From Capsulimonadaceae bacterium (GTDB taxonomy: Bacteria > Armatimonadota > Armatimonadia > Armatimonadales > Capsulimonadaceae), in assembly GCA_965215505.1 (NCBI GenBank), contig OZ244065.1:2560001-2624000 (forward strand): a stretch of 64,000 nucleotides of DNA, written 5' to 3'. Below the pieces are notes generated by a model, which was not told where the DNA came from, searched no databases, and worked only from the letters and a program-made list of their open reading frames with translations. Both the position numbers and the translations under genes were made by a program. Shown here in pieces: positions 45,744 through 56,973 of the stretch. Every line of letters begins with the position of its first letter. Position 1 is the stretch's first letter.

Positions 45744-46190
45744 ATGCCCGCAACGCTCGAAATGCCGACCACGGCACCCGAATCCATGGTCCAGACCTCC
45801 CCACTGACCCTGACCGACGCCGCCGCGCTGGAAGTCAAGTCGCTCATCGAGCAGCAGGACCGCGACGACCTCGCCCTGCGCGTCTATGTCGCCGGCGGCG
45901 GCTGCTCCGGCCTCCAGTACGGCATGGCGCTCGACGAGAACATCGAACCCGGCGACGAAACCTTCCAGGTTTCGGGCGTCAGCCTCGTCGTAGACTCCAC
46001 CTCGCTGAAGTACCTCGTCGGCGCGGTCGTGGACTACATCCACACCGACCTCGGCGGCGGCTTCAAGATCGAGAACCCCAACGCCACCAAGTCCTGCGGC
46101 TGCGGCTCTTCTTTCTCCGCCGGTGATGACGAAGCTTCCGGCCTCGACACCCGGCAGGGCGGCGGCTGCGGCTCCTGCGGCAGCCACTAG
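45744..46190 (+). CDS. A-type Fe-S cluster carrier (IscA/ErpA/HesB)
   Basis: GGGCSGLQY and NPNATKSCGCGSSF. Confidence 0.94.
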   Translation: MPATLEMPTTAPESMVQTSPLTLTDAAALEVKSLIEQQDRDDLALRVYVAGGGCSGLQYGMALDENIEPGDETFQVSGVSLVVDSTSLKYLVGAVVDYIHTDLGGGFKIENPNATKSCGCGSSFSAGDDEASGLDTRQGGGCGSCGSH

Positions 46191-46202
46191 TCGTTAGGTG
46201 GG

Positions 46203-46236
46203 AACAGGGGCGGGCCATCTGGCCCGCCCCTGTTTC
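46203..46236 (+). terminator. Terminator hairpin
   Basis: AACAGGGGCGGGCC-ATCT-GGCCCGCCCCTGTT. Confidence 0.8.
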
Positions 46237-46255
46237 GGTTTATGGAGGCATTATC

Positions 46256-46585
46256 ATGTCGCAGACTTTGGAACAACCCACAGCGAAGGAACTGTTCGCA
46301 CCGCGAGTCCTTCCTGACGACTACTGGGAGGGTGAAATCGTCGCGCACAACGATCTCCGCTTTGGTGTCGTCTCGGCGAACCTAGAGCGCGTTAGTGGAA
46401 CGCCTTGCTTCGTTGGGACCCGTGTGCCGATCCGAAATCTTTGGGACTACTTGGAAGAAGGCCCAAGCATGGATGAGTTCCTAGACAGCTTTCCTGGCGT
46501 TACACATGAACAGGCCAAGGCGGCGCTCCGTCTGGCCTGTGAGCGGCTTTTGGAAGGCCTGCCCCCGGACACCTGCCACCCATGA
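46256..46585 (+). CDS. DUF433 antitoxin-like protein
   Basis: SGTPCFVGTRVPI...FLDSFPGVT. Confidence 0.85.
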   Translation: MSQTLEQPTAKELFAPRVLPDDYWEGEIVAHNDLRFGVVSANLERVSGTPCFVGTRVPIRNLWDYLEEGPSMDEFLDSFPGVTHEQAKAALRLACERLLEGLPPDTCHP

Positions 46586-46926
46586 GAGTCCTGCTGGATC
46601 ACTGCCTCAACTGGCGACTAAAACGACACCTGCCAGGCCATGTAGTGCAGGCCACGTCCGAATTGGGCTGGGACGCAATCAGGAATGGGCGTCTGTTGAC
46701 GCTCGCGGAAGCCGAGTTCGACGTGTTCCTGACCGTGGACAAAGGGATCAAGTATCAGCAGAACTTCGCCGGGCGCAACATCGCGGTCATTACCCTACGC
46801 GGCATTAATAACAGGATCGCGACCCACGTCCCGCTCATGCCCCAGGTCCTCGCGCTCCTGCCCACCGTCGAGCCGGGCCGCGTCTACGTCGTGCCGACGG
46901 GCGACGAGGACGGCCCGGAGCCTTGA
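46582..46926 (+). CDS. DUF5615 PIN-like toxin
   Basis: MRVLLDHCL, GW..NGRLL, FLTVDKGIKYQQN; ATGA overlap. Confidence 0.85.
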   Translation: MRVLLDHCLNWRLKRHLPGHVVQATSELGWDAIRNGRLLTLAEAEFDVFLTVDKGIKYQQNFAGRNIAVITLRGINNRIATHVPLMPQVLALLPTVEPGRVYVVPTGDEDGPEP

Positions 46927-46996
46927 TTTTCTCCTGCTGCAATGAGGCCAGACAGGAACATCAGAACACCGTTCTTATCGAAAGGAAGCCTCATTC

Positions 46997-48703
46997 ATGC
47001 TCCGGGATTTTGTTCGCCTCGCCCGCCCTTTCTGGACCTCGGAGGAGCGTGTCAAGGCCCGGTGGACGGCGGCCCTCCTCGCCGTCTTGACCTTGATGCT
47101 CGTCGGCGTGTCTGTGGTCCTGGTTCAACTCGGCGGCGGCATCTTCGACGCGATCCAGAACTACAACTTCAAGGCGTTCCTGCGCGCGCTGGAGTTGTGG
47201 TCCCTCGGGGCCTTCCTGTACTGCATCGTGGGCGTGTACCAGAGCTACGTCGGCATGGCGCTCACCATCCGCTGGCGGCGCTGGATGACCGACCACTTCG
47301 TGGGGCAGTGGCTCGGCGGCAAGGCCTTCTACTTCTGGCAGATCTCAGGCCAGCCCTCCGACAACCCGGACCAGCGCATCTCGGAGGACGTCCGCGACTT
47401 CATCGGCACCAGTGACGGCCTGAGCGGCACCATCCCACTCGCCTTAGGCCTGCTCCGGCAGATCGCGACCCTGCTGGCGTTCGTCGCCCTGCTCTGGAAG
47501 ATCGGCGGTGCCCTGCCGCTGATGCACGGGCACCTGCTCGTCCACGGCTACCTCGTGTGGTGTGCGCTGCTCTACGCGGGCCTCGGCTCCGGCCTGATGG
47601 CGTGGATCGGCTTCCCGATCATCCGCCTCAACTTCAGCCAGCAGCGCTACGAGGCCGACTTCCGGTTCGGTCTGGTTCGCCTGCGCGAGAACGGCGAGAG
47701 TGTCGCCCTCAGCGACGGCGAACCCACCGAAAAGGCGGACCTGATGGGCCGCTTCGGCGGCATTTATGAGAACTACCGAAGGATCATGAGCCGGTCCAAG
47801 AAGATCAACGGCTTCAGCATCGGCTACCAGCAGGTCGCCAACATCATCCCCTACTTCCTCTGCGCGCCCATCTATTTCGCCCACCACATGACCCTTGGCG
47901 GCCTGAACCAGTCCGCGCAGGCCTTCGCCTATGTCCAGGGCGCGGTTTCGTTCTTCATCACCTCTTATGCCGCCATCGCCCTGTGGCGGTCCACCATCCA
48001 GCGGCTTTCCGGGTTTACGCAGGCCGTGGAAGCCGCCCGCGCCCTGTCCGAGCAGCCCGCCGCCGCCCGCCACGCCGGGCGGAACGGGACGCTGGCCTTA
48101 GACGGCCTGACGCTGGCCCTGCCGGGCGGGCGGACGCTGTTCCACGGTCTGGACCTGACACTTGAAGAGGGCCGCTCCGCGCTTATCAGCGGCCCCTCTG
48201 GCAGCGGCAAGAGTACACTGCTCCGGGCAATCTTCGGCCTGTGGCCCTACGCCGGCGGCGACATCCGCCTGCCCGCCGACTTCAGCCCAATGGTGCTGCC
48301 GCAGAAGCCCTATCTGCCCATCGGTTCGTTGCGCGCCGCCCTTACCTACCCCGCCGCCCCCGACCGCTTCCCGGAGTCAGAGGTACAGGATGCCCTTGCC
48401 CGCGTGCGCCTGCCCGTCTTCGCGGACCGGCTGGACGAGTCGCTGAACTGGGCGCTCCAGCTCTCGCCGGGCGAGCAGCAGCGGGTCGCCCTGGCCCGCG
48501 CCTTCCTGCACCGGCCTCGGTGGCTGTTCCTGGACGAAGCCACGTCCGCCCTGGACGAGCCGACCGAGACGGCTCTTTACAAGGAACTCGCCGCCGCCCT
48601 GCCCGGCACCACCGTGGTCAGCATCGGCCACCGGGGCAGCCTCCACGCCCTGCATGATGTCTCGCACCGGCTCACGCCGACAGCCGAGGCGGTCCCTGCT
48701 TGA
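46997..48703 (+). CDS. Fused ABC transporter permease/ATPase (YddA/BacA, ABCD-like)
   Basis: DNPDQRISED, EADFRFGLVRLREN, GPSGSGKS, PQKPYLP, LSPGEQQR, LDEATSALD. Confidence 0.92.
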   Translation: MLRDFVRLARPFWTSEERVKARWTAALLAVLTLMLVGVSVVLVQLGGGIFDAIQNYNFKAFLRALELWSLGAFLYCIVGVYQSYVGMALTIRWRRWMTDHFVGQWLGGKAFYFWQISGQPSDNPDQRISEDVRDFIGTSDGLSGTIPLALGLLRQIATLLAFVALLWKIGGALPLMHGHLLVHGYLVWCALLYAGLGSGLMAWIGFPIIRLNFSQQRYEADFRFGLVRLRENGESVALSDGEPTEKADLMGRFGGIYENYRRIMSRSKKINGFSIGYQQVANIIPYFLCAPIYFAHHMTLGGLNQSAQAFAYVQGAVSFFITSYAAIALWRSTIQRLSGFTQAVEAARALSEQPAAARHAGRNGTLALDGLTLALPGGRTLFHGLDLTLEEGRSALISGPSGSGKSTLLRAIFGLWPYAGGDIRLPADFSPMVLPQKPYLPIGSLRAALTYPAAPDRFPESEVQDALARVRLPVFADRLDESLNWALQLSPGEQQRVALARAFLHRPRWLFLDEATSALDEPTETALYKELAAALPGTTVVSIGHRGSLHALHDVSHRLTPTAEAVPA

Positions 48704-48706
48704 CAG

Positions 48707-48741
48707 AAGAGAGGGGCAGGCCGCGCGGTCTTCCCCTCTTT
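48707..48741. terminator. Bidirectional terminator hairpin
   Basis: AGAGGGGCAGGCC / GGTCTTCCCCTCT between convergent genes. Confidence 0.6.
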
Positions 48742-48744
48742 ATC

Positions 48745-49548
48745 CTAAAGACTTCGTGATCCCCGACATTTTGGAAACGCTCGACAACTCCAGAACTCAT
48801 TCCCAGCGTTCCCGCCTCGGCTTGCGAGTTTCTTTAACATTGGGCCTCCACACCTGGGGCATGAAGGCTCATTCTTTTCGCTCACAACTTCCATCTTAGT
48901 TGTAGGCACCGCTGCTGAGACTACTTCCGGGGGGTGAGATTTCTCCTGCTGGGGTTCGGTGTTCTTGGTCTGCACGTCCTGAACCAGCTTCAGTAATTTA
49001 GGACCATCAATCAGTTCGAGCGGTTGCCCTTGAGACTCAGCAAGTGCCTCATGCGTGAAACTGCCGCTAATAACAAAAATGCCCCGTGTCGCCTTCTCCC
49101 TAGCAACAACCCCCCGAAGCTCCCGCACAGGAGAGACACCTACTCTTTGCGTCTTCCACTGTTTGCACTGTACTATGACTTTTTCTGAGCGCTTGTGAAG
49201 CACGAGGTCAATTCCACCATCTGCGGCAGCCCCACCCCGTTCAACAACGATATATCCCTGACGACGGAACGCTTCACCCACCATCAACTCAAAGTCGCGC
49301 CAATCCATGTCACGGATTGCTTTTATATCGGTTACGCTGGCTAGGAGTTCGTTTCTCTTCCATTTTACGAAAGGGAGAACCAGGCCAATAAACACAAATA
49401 TGCAGGCCCACTCTAGAGCCACCAACACTGAATAGCGAGCCAGAACCGCATAAGCGCCTCCCGCAAGCAGAAAAGGGACCCACCAAGGAAGAAGCATCGT
49501 GAGTGCGAAGAAAAGATCGTCAGACTTCCGGTTGTTACGTCTTGCCAT
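48745..49548 (-). CDS. Membrane-anchored Mrr-like endonuclease with topoisomerase-type C4 zinc ribbon
   Basis: Two N-terminal TM helices; DFELMV, DGGIDL, VQCKQW; CPRCGG...FWSCRAFPKC; AGGAGG RBS; low GC. Confidence 0.88.
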   Translation of the reverse strand: MARRNNRKSDDLFFALTMLLPWWVPFLLAGGAYAVLARYSVLVALEWACIFVFIGLVLPFVKWKRNELLASVTDIKAIRDMDWRDFELMVGEAFRRQGYIVVERGGAAADGGIDLVLHKRSEKVIVQCKQWKTQRVGVSPVRELRGVVAREKATRGIFVISGSFTHEALAESQGQPLELIDGPKLLKLVQDVQTKNTEPQQEKSHPPEVVSAAVPTTKMEVVSEKNEPSCPRCGGPMLKKLASRGGNAGNEFWSCRAFPKCRGSRSL

Positions 49549-49782
49549 TCCAGCCTCCTTTCACACCACTTCTTCTACTGGTTCTATTCAGTTTCCTCCT
49601 CGCATTGGGGAATGTCACCGGCGTTCTATGCGGCAGGTGCATTTCGACCGTATGCCCCAGTCACCCGGCGGGCCGGACCCCCACATCGCTGGTTAGCGGT
49701 GGATATTCGGAGGAAAACGGCTTTGCTTCCTCGTCAGGGGACCTGAGACAACGACCAGACAAAAATCCCGACAAGGACCGGA

Positions 49783-49805
49783 GGGCAGGGGGAACCCGCC
49801 CTTAC
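49783..49805 (-). repeat. GTAG/GTAA-type REP-like palindrome
   Basis: Reverse complement GTAAGGGCGGGTTCCCCCTGCCC. Confidence 0.5.
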
Positions 49806-49824
49806 ACAATCATATCCTCTGCCT

Positions 49825-52338
49825 TCACGTCTTATCTTCCGTCCCCTGGACGCTGGGCTTTTCGGTGCCTCCCCCCAATAGAGCCTGGGTTTCAACCCGT
49901 GGCTCCTTCATCTCATCCTTCTTCTCCTCTTCGTCCTTCTCTGCCGCCGGCACTTCGAGCGTAACGGGGGGGAAGTCGCGGAAGCGGAACTGGTAGGTCC
50001 CGCCGGTCTTGGGCAGGCGGAAGGTGACGGCCAAGGGCGCGGCGAGGGCGCGGTCGTCCTTGGCGGGGGCGAAGCGGAAGGACCAGCCGGTTCCTTCGGC
50101 GAGGGCGGTCTGGCCCAGGACGACGACGGGGAGGCCGACGGGGCGGGCGGGGCGGCCCGGCGGGGCGGCGCGGGTGAGCGACAAGTCGGCAGGGGTGACG
50201 GTCAGCGTCCGGCGCGTCTCCGTCGTGTCGCGCAGGGTCAGGGCGACCTCGACGTGGCGGCGGCCCTCGTCGTCGCGCCCGGCGTAGGTCTCCAGTGTGG
50301 CCCCGGTCATGGTCAGCTCCCAGCCGTCGTGGACGATCTTGTCGCCGGCTCGGAAGGCGGTCTTCTGGCCCGCGCCGTGCAGGTGCTTGTCGAACCAGGC
50401 GAGGCAGCGGCGCAGCTCGTCCAGGCGGTGCTGCGGCTCGCCCAGGCCGTGGCCTTCGCGCGGGTAGTGGACGTATTCGACCGTTTTTCCCAGCAGGCGG
50501 AGGGCCTGGTACATCTCCTGGGAGTTCGCGATGAACGTATTCGGGTCGCCCTCGCCGTGCAGGATCAGCACGGGCGTGTTGATGTCCTGGAGGTAGGTGG
50601 AGGGGGAACGCTCGGCGTACAGCGCTGGCTCCTCCCAGGGGTAGCCGCCGAGATATTCGGTTTCCCAGCGCGGGGCCTGGGAGTTGGAGAAGTCCGTCAC
50701 GAGGGAGAAGATGCCGAACTGGGACACGGCGGCCTGGAAACGGTTCGTCCGGCTGATGAGCCAGTTGACGAGGTAGCCGCCGTAGGACGATCCGATGACG
50801 GCCACTTTGGAGCCGTCGGCGACGCCCTCTTTGATGACTTCGTCGATGCCGGCCAGCACGTCCACGGCGTCCCCGCCGCCCAGATCCTGGCGGCTGGCGG
50901 TGCTGAAGGCGTTGCCGTAGCCCTCGCTGCCCCGGTAGTTGGGGGACAGGACGGCGTAGCCCTCGGCGGCCCAGATTTGGGAGGCGGTGTAAGGCGAGAG
51001 TGCCTGGACGGTGCGGCCGTGCGGCCCGCCGTGCAGGGAGACGACGAGGGGGCATTTGGTGCCTTCCTCATAGTCCGGCGGCAGGGTCAGTAGGCCCTCG
51101 ATTGTCAGACCGTCGGGCGTCTCCCAGGTCAAGATGTCGGTGGGGGCGATGGCGTGGCCGTCCGCCCAATCGCCGTTGAGGTCGGTCAGGGCCTCGGCCT
51201 CTTTGGCACCCGGCGCGAGCCAGAGCAGCTCGGGGACGTCCGCTGCGCCGCTTGCGACCAGGGCCAGGCCGCCGTTGGGCGCGACGTGGTAGTCGTGGAG
51301 GTGCTGGTCGTCATCCGTCACCTGCTCCCACTGACCGCTCTCCGGGGCGGGGTCCAGGCGGAACACGACGGTCATGGTGCCGACGGCGGCGAGGGCGTAG
51401 ATGCGGCCCGCGCCGTCGGTCCAGACGCCGTGCCAGCCGGTCAGGTCGTGCGGGAAGTCCTGGGTCAGATTGACGGGGTGGCCGCCCTCGAGTGGCACGG
51501 CGTAGAGGTTCGGCTGGGAATACGAGAGGTCGGGGTCGAGCGGGGCGATGTAAAGGACCCGGTCGCCATCCCTGGTCCAAACAGGATGGAACTTGCCGCC
51601 CGGCCCGTCGGCGACCGGACGCGCCGCGCCGCTGCCGATGTCCACCACCCAGACGTCGCTCTTGTGGTAGTCGTTGACCTCGCCGGTGTAGTTTGTCGTG
51701 AAGGCGACGGTTTTGCCGTCGGGCGAGGCGGCGATCTCGCCGACGCCGTAGTCGCCCGCATGAACAAGTTTGGCCTTCTTCTTGTCCCGGTCTATCCGCC
51801 AGATCTGCTGCCTGAACTTTTCGAATCGCTCCACGACGGCATCGTCCTTGCGCTCCTGCTTGTCGTCGTGTTCGGTCTGCAAGGGCTTGGGGCGCGGCTC
51901 CTGGGCCAAATAGACGATGCCGGAGGAGTCGGGCAGCCAGTCGTAGTCCCCCACCCCTTCGGGCGCGTCGGTCAGCTTCTCGGACTCGCCGCCCCCGCCG
52001 TCCATCGGCAGCAGCCAGACCTGGACCTTCGGGTCGTCCTCGTCATAGTCGTCGCCCGCGTCCTCGTCCTCGCGGCTCGTGAGGAAGGCCAGCCACTTGC
52101 CGTCGGGGGACCAGCGCGGGTCGGTTTCGCTGTCCCGCCCGCGCGTCACCTGCCGGGGTTCGGCCTCGTCGCCTACCTTCGCGACGTACAGGTGCTGCAC
52201 GACGCTGTTGTCTTCCCAATCCGTCTCGCTGACGCCGTAGGCGATACGGACGCCGTCCGGCGCGGCCTGTACGTCACCCGGCATCTTCAGTTCCAGCAGT
52301 GCGCGCGGGGTGATCTTCTGCTTCCGTCGTTTTGCCAT
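49825..52338 (-). CDS. S9 family (prolyl oligopeptidase/acylaminoacyl peptidase) serine peptidase with C-terminal extension
   Basis: WSPDG propeller repeats, HGGP, NYRGS, GSSYGG, HGEGD, EGHG. Confidence 0.93.
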   Translation of the reverse strand: MAKRRKQKITPRALLELKMPGDVQAAPDGVRIAYGVSETDWEDNSVVQHLYVAKVGDEAEPRQVTRGRDSETDPRWSPDGKWLAFLTSREDEDAGDDYDEDDPKVQVWLLPMDGGGGESEKLTDAPEGVGDYDWLPDSSGIVYLAQEPRPKPLQTEHDDKQERKDDAVVERFEKFRQQIWRIDRDKKKAKLVHAGDYGVGEIAASPDGKTVAFTTNYTGEVNDYHKSDVWVVDIGSGAARPVADGPGGKFHPVWTRDGDRVLYIAPLDPDLSYSQPNLYAVPLEGGHPVNLTQDFPHDLTGWHGVWTDGAGRIYALAAVGTMTVVFRLDPAPESGQWEQVTDDDQHLHDYHVAPNGGLALVASGAADVPELLWLAPGAKEAEALTDLNGDWADGHAIAPTDILTWETPDGLTIEGLLTLPPDYEEGTKCPLVVSLHGGPHGRTVQALSPYTASQIWAAEGYAVLSPNYRGSEGYGNAFSTASRQDLGGGDAVDVLAGIDEVIKEGVADGSKVAVIGSSYGGYLVNWLISRTNRFQAAVSQFGIFSLVTDFSNSQAPRWETEYLGGYPWEEPALYAERSPSTYLQDINTPVLILHGEGDPNTFIANSQEMYQALRLLGKTVEYVHYPREGHGLGEPQHRLDELRRCLAWFDKHLHGAGQKTAFRAGDKIVHDGWELTMTGATLETYAGRDDEGRRHVEVALTLRDTTETRRTLTVTPADLSLTRAAPPGRPARPVGLPVVVLGQTALAEGTGWSFRFAPAKDDRALAAPLAVTFRLPKTGGTYQFRFRDFPPVTLEVPAAEKDEEEKKDEMKEPRVETQALLGGGTEKPSVQGTEDKT

Positions 52339-52398
52339 AGGGGGAGATTGTACCCGCTTCCAGGCCCTGCCAGCACGACCCGCCCTGAATAGGCCGGG

Positions 52399-53592
52399 TC
52401 ACACCTGGTCCAGCGGCGCGACGTAGGGCTGCCGGGCGGGGAACAGGCGGTCCGCTAGGGCCAGGGTCGCGGGCGAGTCGCAGGCGATCAGGCCCCGCTC
52501 GGCGGCCTCGGAGGCGCTGCGGTAGCCAAGGTAGAGCTGGGCGAGGATGCGGATGTCGGCGCGCAGCCAGGCCGCATCGTGGTTCGTACCGAGGGCGACG
52601 CCGTCCGGGGCCAGGCGCAAGGGGCGCGTATTGGCGGGGCGGCCCGTATCCGTGGCGCGGATCGTCAGTGTGCGGCCCGCCTCGGCCAAGGCAGGAGCGT
52701 AGAGGGCGGGGTGGACGGCGGCGAGTGCGGCGGCGAGGTCCACGATCCGCAGCATAACGCCCGGCTCGGACGACCCGCCGCCCGGCAAGCCGGAGCGTTC
52801 CAGGAGGGCGGGGGCGGCGGGCCACTCGACGATCGGCTCGGGGCGGCAGGCGAGGTGGCCGGCCAGCCCGCGCCGGGCGGCCGGCGTCAGGCCGTGCATC
52901 TCCAGCAGGAACAGGCTCTCACGCCGCTCCCAGATCAGGTAGCCGAGGATTCGGAGGCCTTCACAATAAACGAACGTCTCGCGGCCCGGCACGGGCAGGC
53001 CGATCAGACGCCAGCGGCGGTCGTCGCGGACACTCGCCCCGGTCTCGGTGCAGGTCAGCTCGGCCTGGATTCGCCGGATCGCAGGCCAGTCGGATTGGGC
53101 GGCGGGCCGGACACGGGCGGCCTCGGGGTGCCGGGGTAGGGCGGAGGGCACGGCAGTCCAGCGGAGTGTCCGGGACGCGGTTTCCCAGCCGAAGCGGCGG
53201 TAGAAGGGGGCGGAAACGGGGTGCAGTTGGGACAGCGGGTAGCCCAGCTCGTCCCACAGGGCGGGCACGGTGGCTTCCAGGAGGGCGGCGGCGTGGCCCC
53301 GGCGGCGATATTCGGGCCGGGTGGCGACCCCGGCGATGCCGCCCGCCCCGACGGAGACGCCGCCGACCAGCAGCAGGGCGGGCACGACGGTGAGGCAGGA
53401 GACGATCCCCTCCGAGGGGGTGACGAGGACCCGCTTATGGGTCAGGTCGTAGTAAGGGTCGGCATGGAAGATGGGCCAGGCGGCCTCGGCGTTCAGGTCG
53501 AAAGCGGCGCAGAGGGTTTCGAGGACGGCTTCGGCTTCGGCGGGCCGGGCGGCGCGCGCGACCGGCGCTAGGGCGTGGTGGAGGCGGGCCAT
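52399..53592 (-). CDS. Eis-like GNAT acetyltransferase
   Basis: GVATRPEYRRRGHA, FYRRFGW, MLRIVDL, LAQLYLGY. Confidence 0.88.
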   Translation of the reverse strand: MARLHHALAPVARAARPAEAEAVLETLCAAFDLNAEAAWPIFHADPYYDLTHKRVLVTPSEGIVSCLTVVPALLLVGGVSVGAGGIAGVATRPEYRRRGHAAALLEATVPALWDELGYPLSQLHPVSAPFYRRFGWETASRTLRWTAVPSALPRHPEAARVRPAAQSDWPAIRRIQAELTCTETGASVRDDRRWRLIGLPVPGRETFVYCEGLRILGYLIWERRESLFLLEMHGLTPAARRGLAGHLACRPEPIVEWPAAPALLERSGLPGGGSSEPGVMLRIVDLAAALAAVHPALYAPALAEAGRTLTIRATDTGRPANTRPLRLAPDGVALGTNHDAAWLRADIRILAQLYLGYRSASEAAERGLIACDSPATLALADRLFPARQPYVAPLDQV

Positions 53593-54164
53593 TGGCTCAG
53601 GAACTGGGACGAGAGGGCGTCCCGCCGCAGAAGCAGAGTGGGATCATTGGTATAGAAGGAGAAGGCTTCGGCAAACCCTTCCTCGACGTCCGTCTGGGCA
53701 TAGGGAGTGACAAGGCGGCGCGCGGCCTTCTGCTTCCGGTAAAGGCCCTCGTAGCGCCGCCGGTCGTCCCGACTCAACAGGTTGAACCAGACGTAGTGCC
53801 CGTACTCGTGGGCGAAAGTGTACAGATCAGGCTGGCCCGAGGCGGGGATGCGGAGGGTGATGCGGTCCGGGTCCGGCTCGAAGACGCCGTCTATCTCGCC
53901 GTCGTCGGCGTGCGAACTCTGGTCCGGGCTGTCGTCACCGTCCCGGAGGTACGCCGCCATCTCGTCGTCGTTCAGGGGGCGGACTTCAAATCGCCCGCGT
54001 GCGGCGAAACGGGCGGGGATGTGGTGGGCGAACCAGCCCGTCAGCGACCGGGACGTGGGCGTGGCGGGGCCGGTAACGACGATCTGCGCCCCGGCCGCAT
54101 GCGCGGAGAACAGGAGGCCGGCCGCCAGGAGCGGGACGATGATCTGCGGGGGGACGCGCGACAT
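53568..54164 (-). CDS. Secreted zincin metallopeptidase (ATLF/M34-like)
   Basis: C-terminal part of the track ORF 53568-55220; signal peptide; HEYGH...YAQTDVEEGFAEAF. Confidence 0.7.
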   Translation of the reverse strand: MSRVPPQIIVPLLAAGLLFSAHAAGAQIVVTGPATPTSRSLTGWFAHHIPARFAARGRFEVRPLNDDEMAAYLRDGDDSPDQSSHADDGEIDGVFEPDPDRITLRIPASGQPDLYTFAHEYGHYVWFNLLSRDDRRRYEGLYRKQKAARRLVTPYAQTDVEEGFAEAFSFYTNDPTLLLRRDALSSQFLSQWPASTTP

Positions 54165-54362
54165 GCTTGATTTTACCATAGGTGTGCCGGTTACGCAAGA
54201 AGAATTACAAGAATTGTCGGGCCGACGGGGGCAGAAGTTCAGGGGACGCCGACGCCCTTGCGCGCGGGCGTAAGGCGTGGTACAATGGCACAAGCAAGCA
54301 ATCCGCACCACGCTTGGCTCCCCCCGGTCGTGCAGAGTCCCGCTCCGAGAAGGGTGGCCGAC

Positions 54363-54737
54363 ATGCCCAAGTCTTTTTTCTCCGATGACCCGCTGGCGGC
54401 AGCCGCTGAAGGCCGCCGCCCCGCCTCCGTCCTGCTCCTCCTGGTCGTCCCCTTCCTGGGGTTCATCCTGCTGGGCTTCGGGATGCATGCCCGGCCCGGT
54501 GCGGGCGCGTCGCCCCTGGCCCTGTCCGTGGACAGGCCGAGCCGCTGTGAGGGCCGGGCGCATCAGCTCGCCGCCATCGAGACGGCCCGCAGGAACGTCC
54601 TCCACTGGCGGCAGGAGAACTGCGGCAGCGCATCCAGTCCGCACAGCCGGGCGAAGCTGCGGGCCTGGGAAGACAACTACCGGGGGCGTCTCGAACTTTA
54701 TGCGCGCATGTACCCGCCACGGCGACATTCGGAATAG
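54363..54737 (+). CDS. Hypothetical single-TM protein
   Basis: ATG at 54363, TM helix VLLLLVVPFLGFILLGFG, host-like codon usage. Confidence 0.55.
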   Translation: MPKSFFSDDPLAAAAEGRRPASVLLLLVVPFLGFILLGFGMHARPGAGASPLALSVDRPSRCEGRAHQLAAIETARRNVLHWRQENCGSASSPHSRAKLRAWEDNYRGRLELYARMYPPRRHSE

Positions 54738-54760
54738 GCAACACTCGGAATAGGCAACAC
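54729..54760. repeat. 16-bp tandem duplication
   Basis: TCGGAATAGGCAACAC x2 immediately before the recQ start. Confidence 0.9.
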
Positions 54761-54761
54761 C

Positions 54762-56702
<1,941 letters not shown>

Positions 56703-56751
56703 GAAGGCGGGGGCAGGGCATCAGGAGCAGACAGGGCGGGGTCGGAAAGAA

Positions 56752-56940
56752 GGGCGGGGGGACCCCGCCCCTACACGGATGTGAAGGCATTGCGTAGGGA
56801 CAGGGCTTATCCTACCTTTTCGCTTGACGCAAGGCGGTTGCACATGACTGGGGGCAGGAGCAACCATAAGGGAGGGCAACCACAGGGGGGTTGCCCCTAC
56901 CGGGACTGGACTGCGTAGGGGCAGGCCCCCGTGCCTGCCC
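56752..56940. repeat. Cluster of four GTAG-type REP-like palindromes in alternating orientation
   Basis: 56752-56774 (-), about 56794-56816 (+, degenerate), 56874-56900 (-), 56915-56940 (+, GTAGGGGCAGGCCCCCGTGCCTGCCC). Confidence 0.75.
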
Positions 56941-56973
56941 TTCCTTGCCCGTGTTTGCCGGACAACAGCCTCG

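Noticed and set aside
46963-46975. LexA-like box AGAACACCGTTCT upstream of the ABC transporter
   Set aside because: Spacer is 3 nt rather than 4, single copy, and no supporting context.
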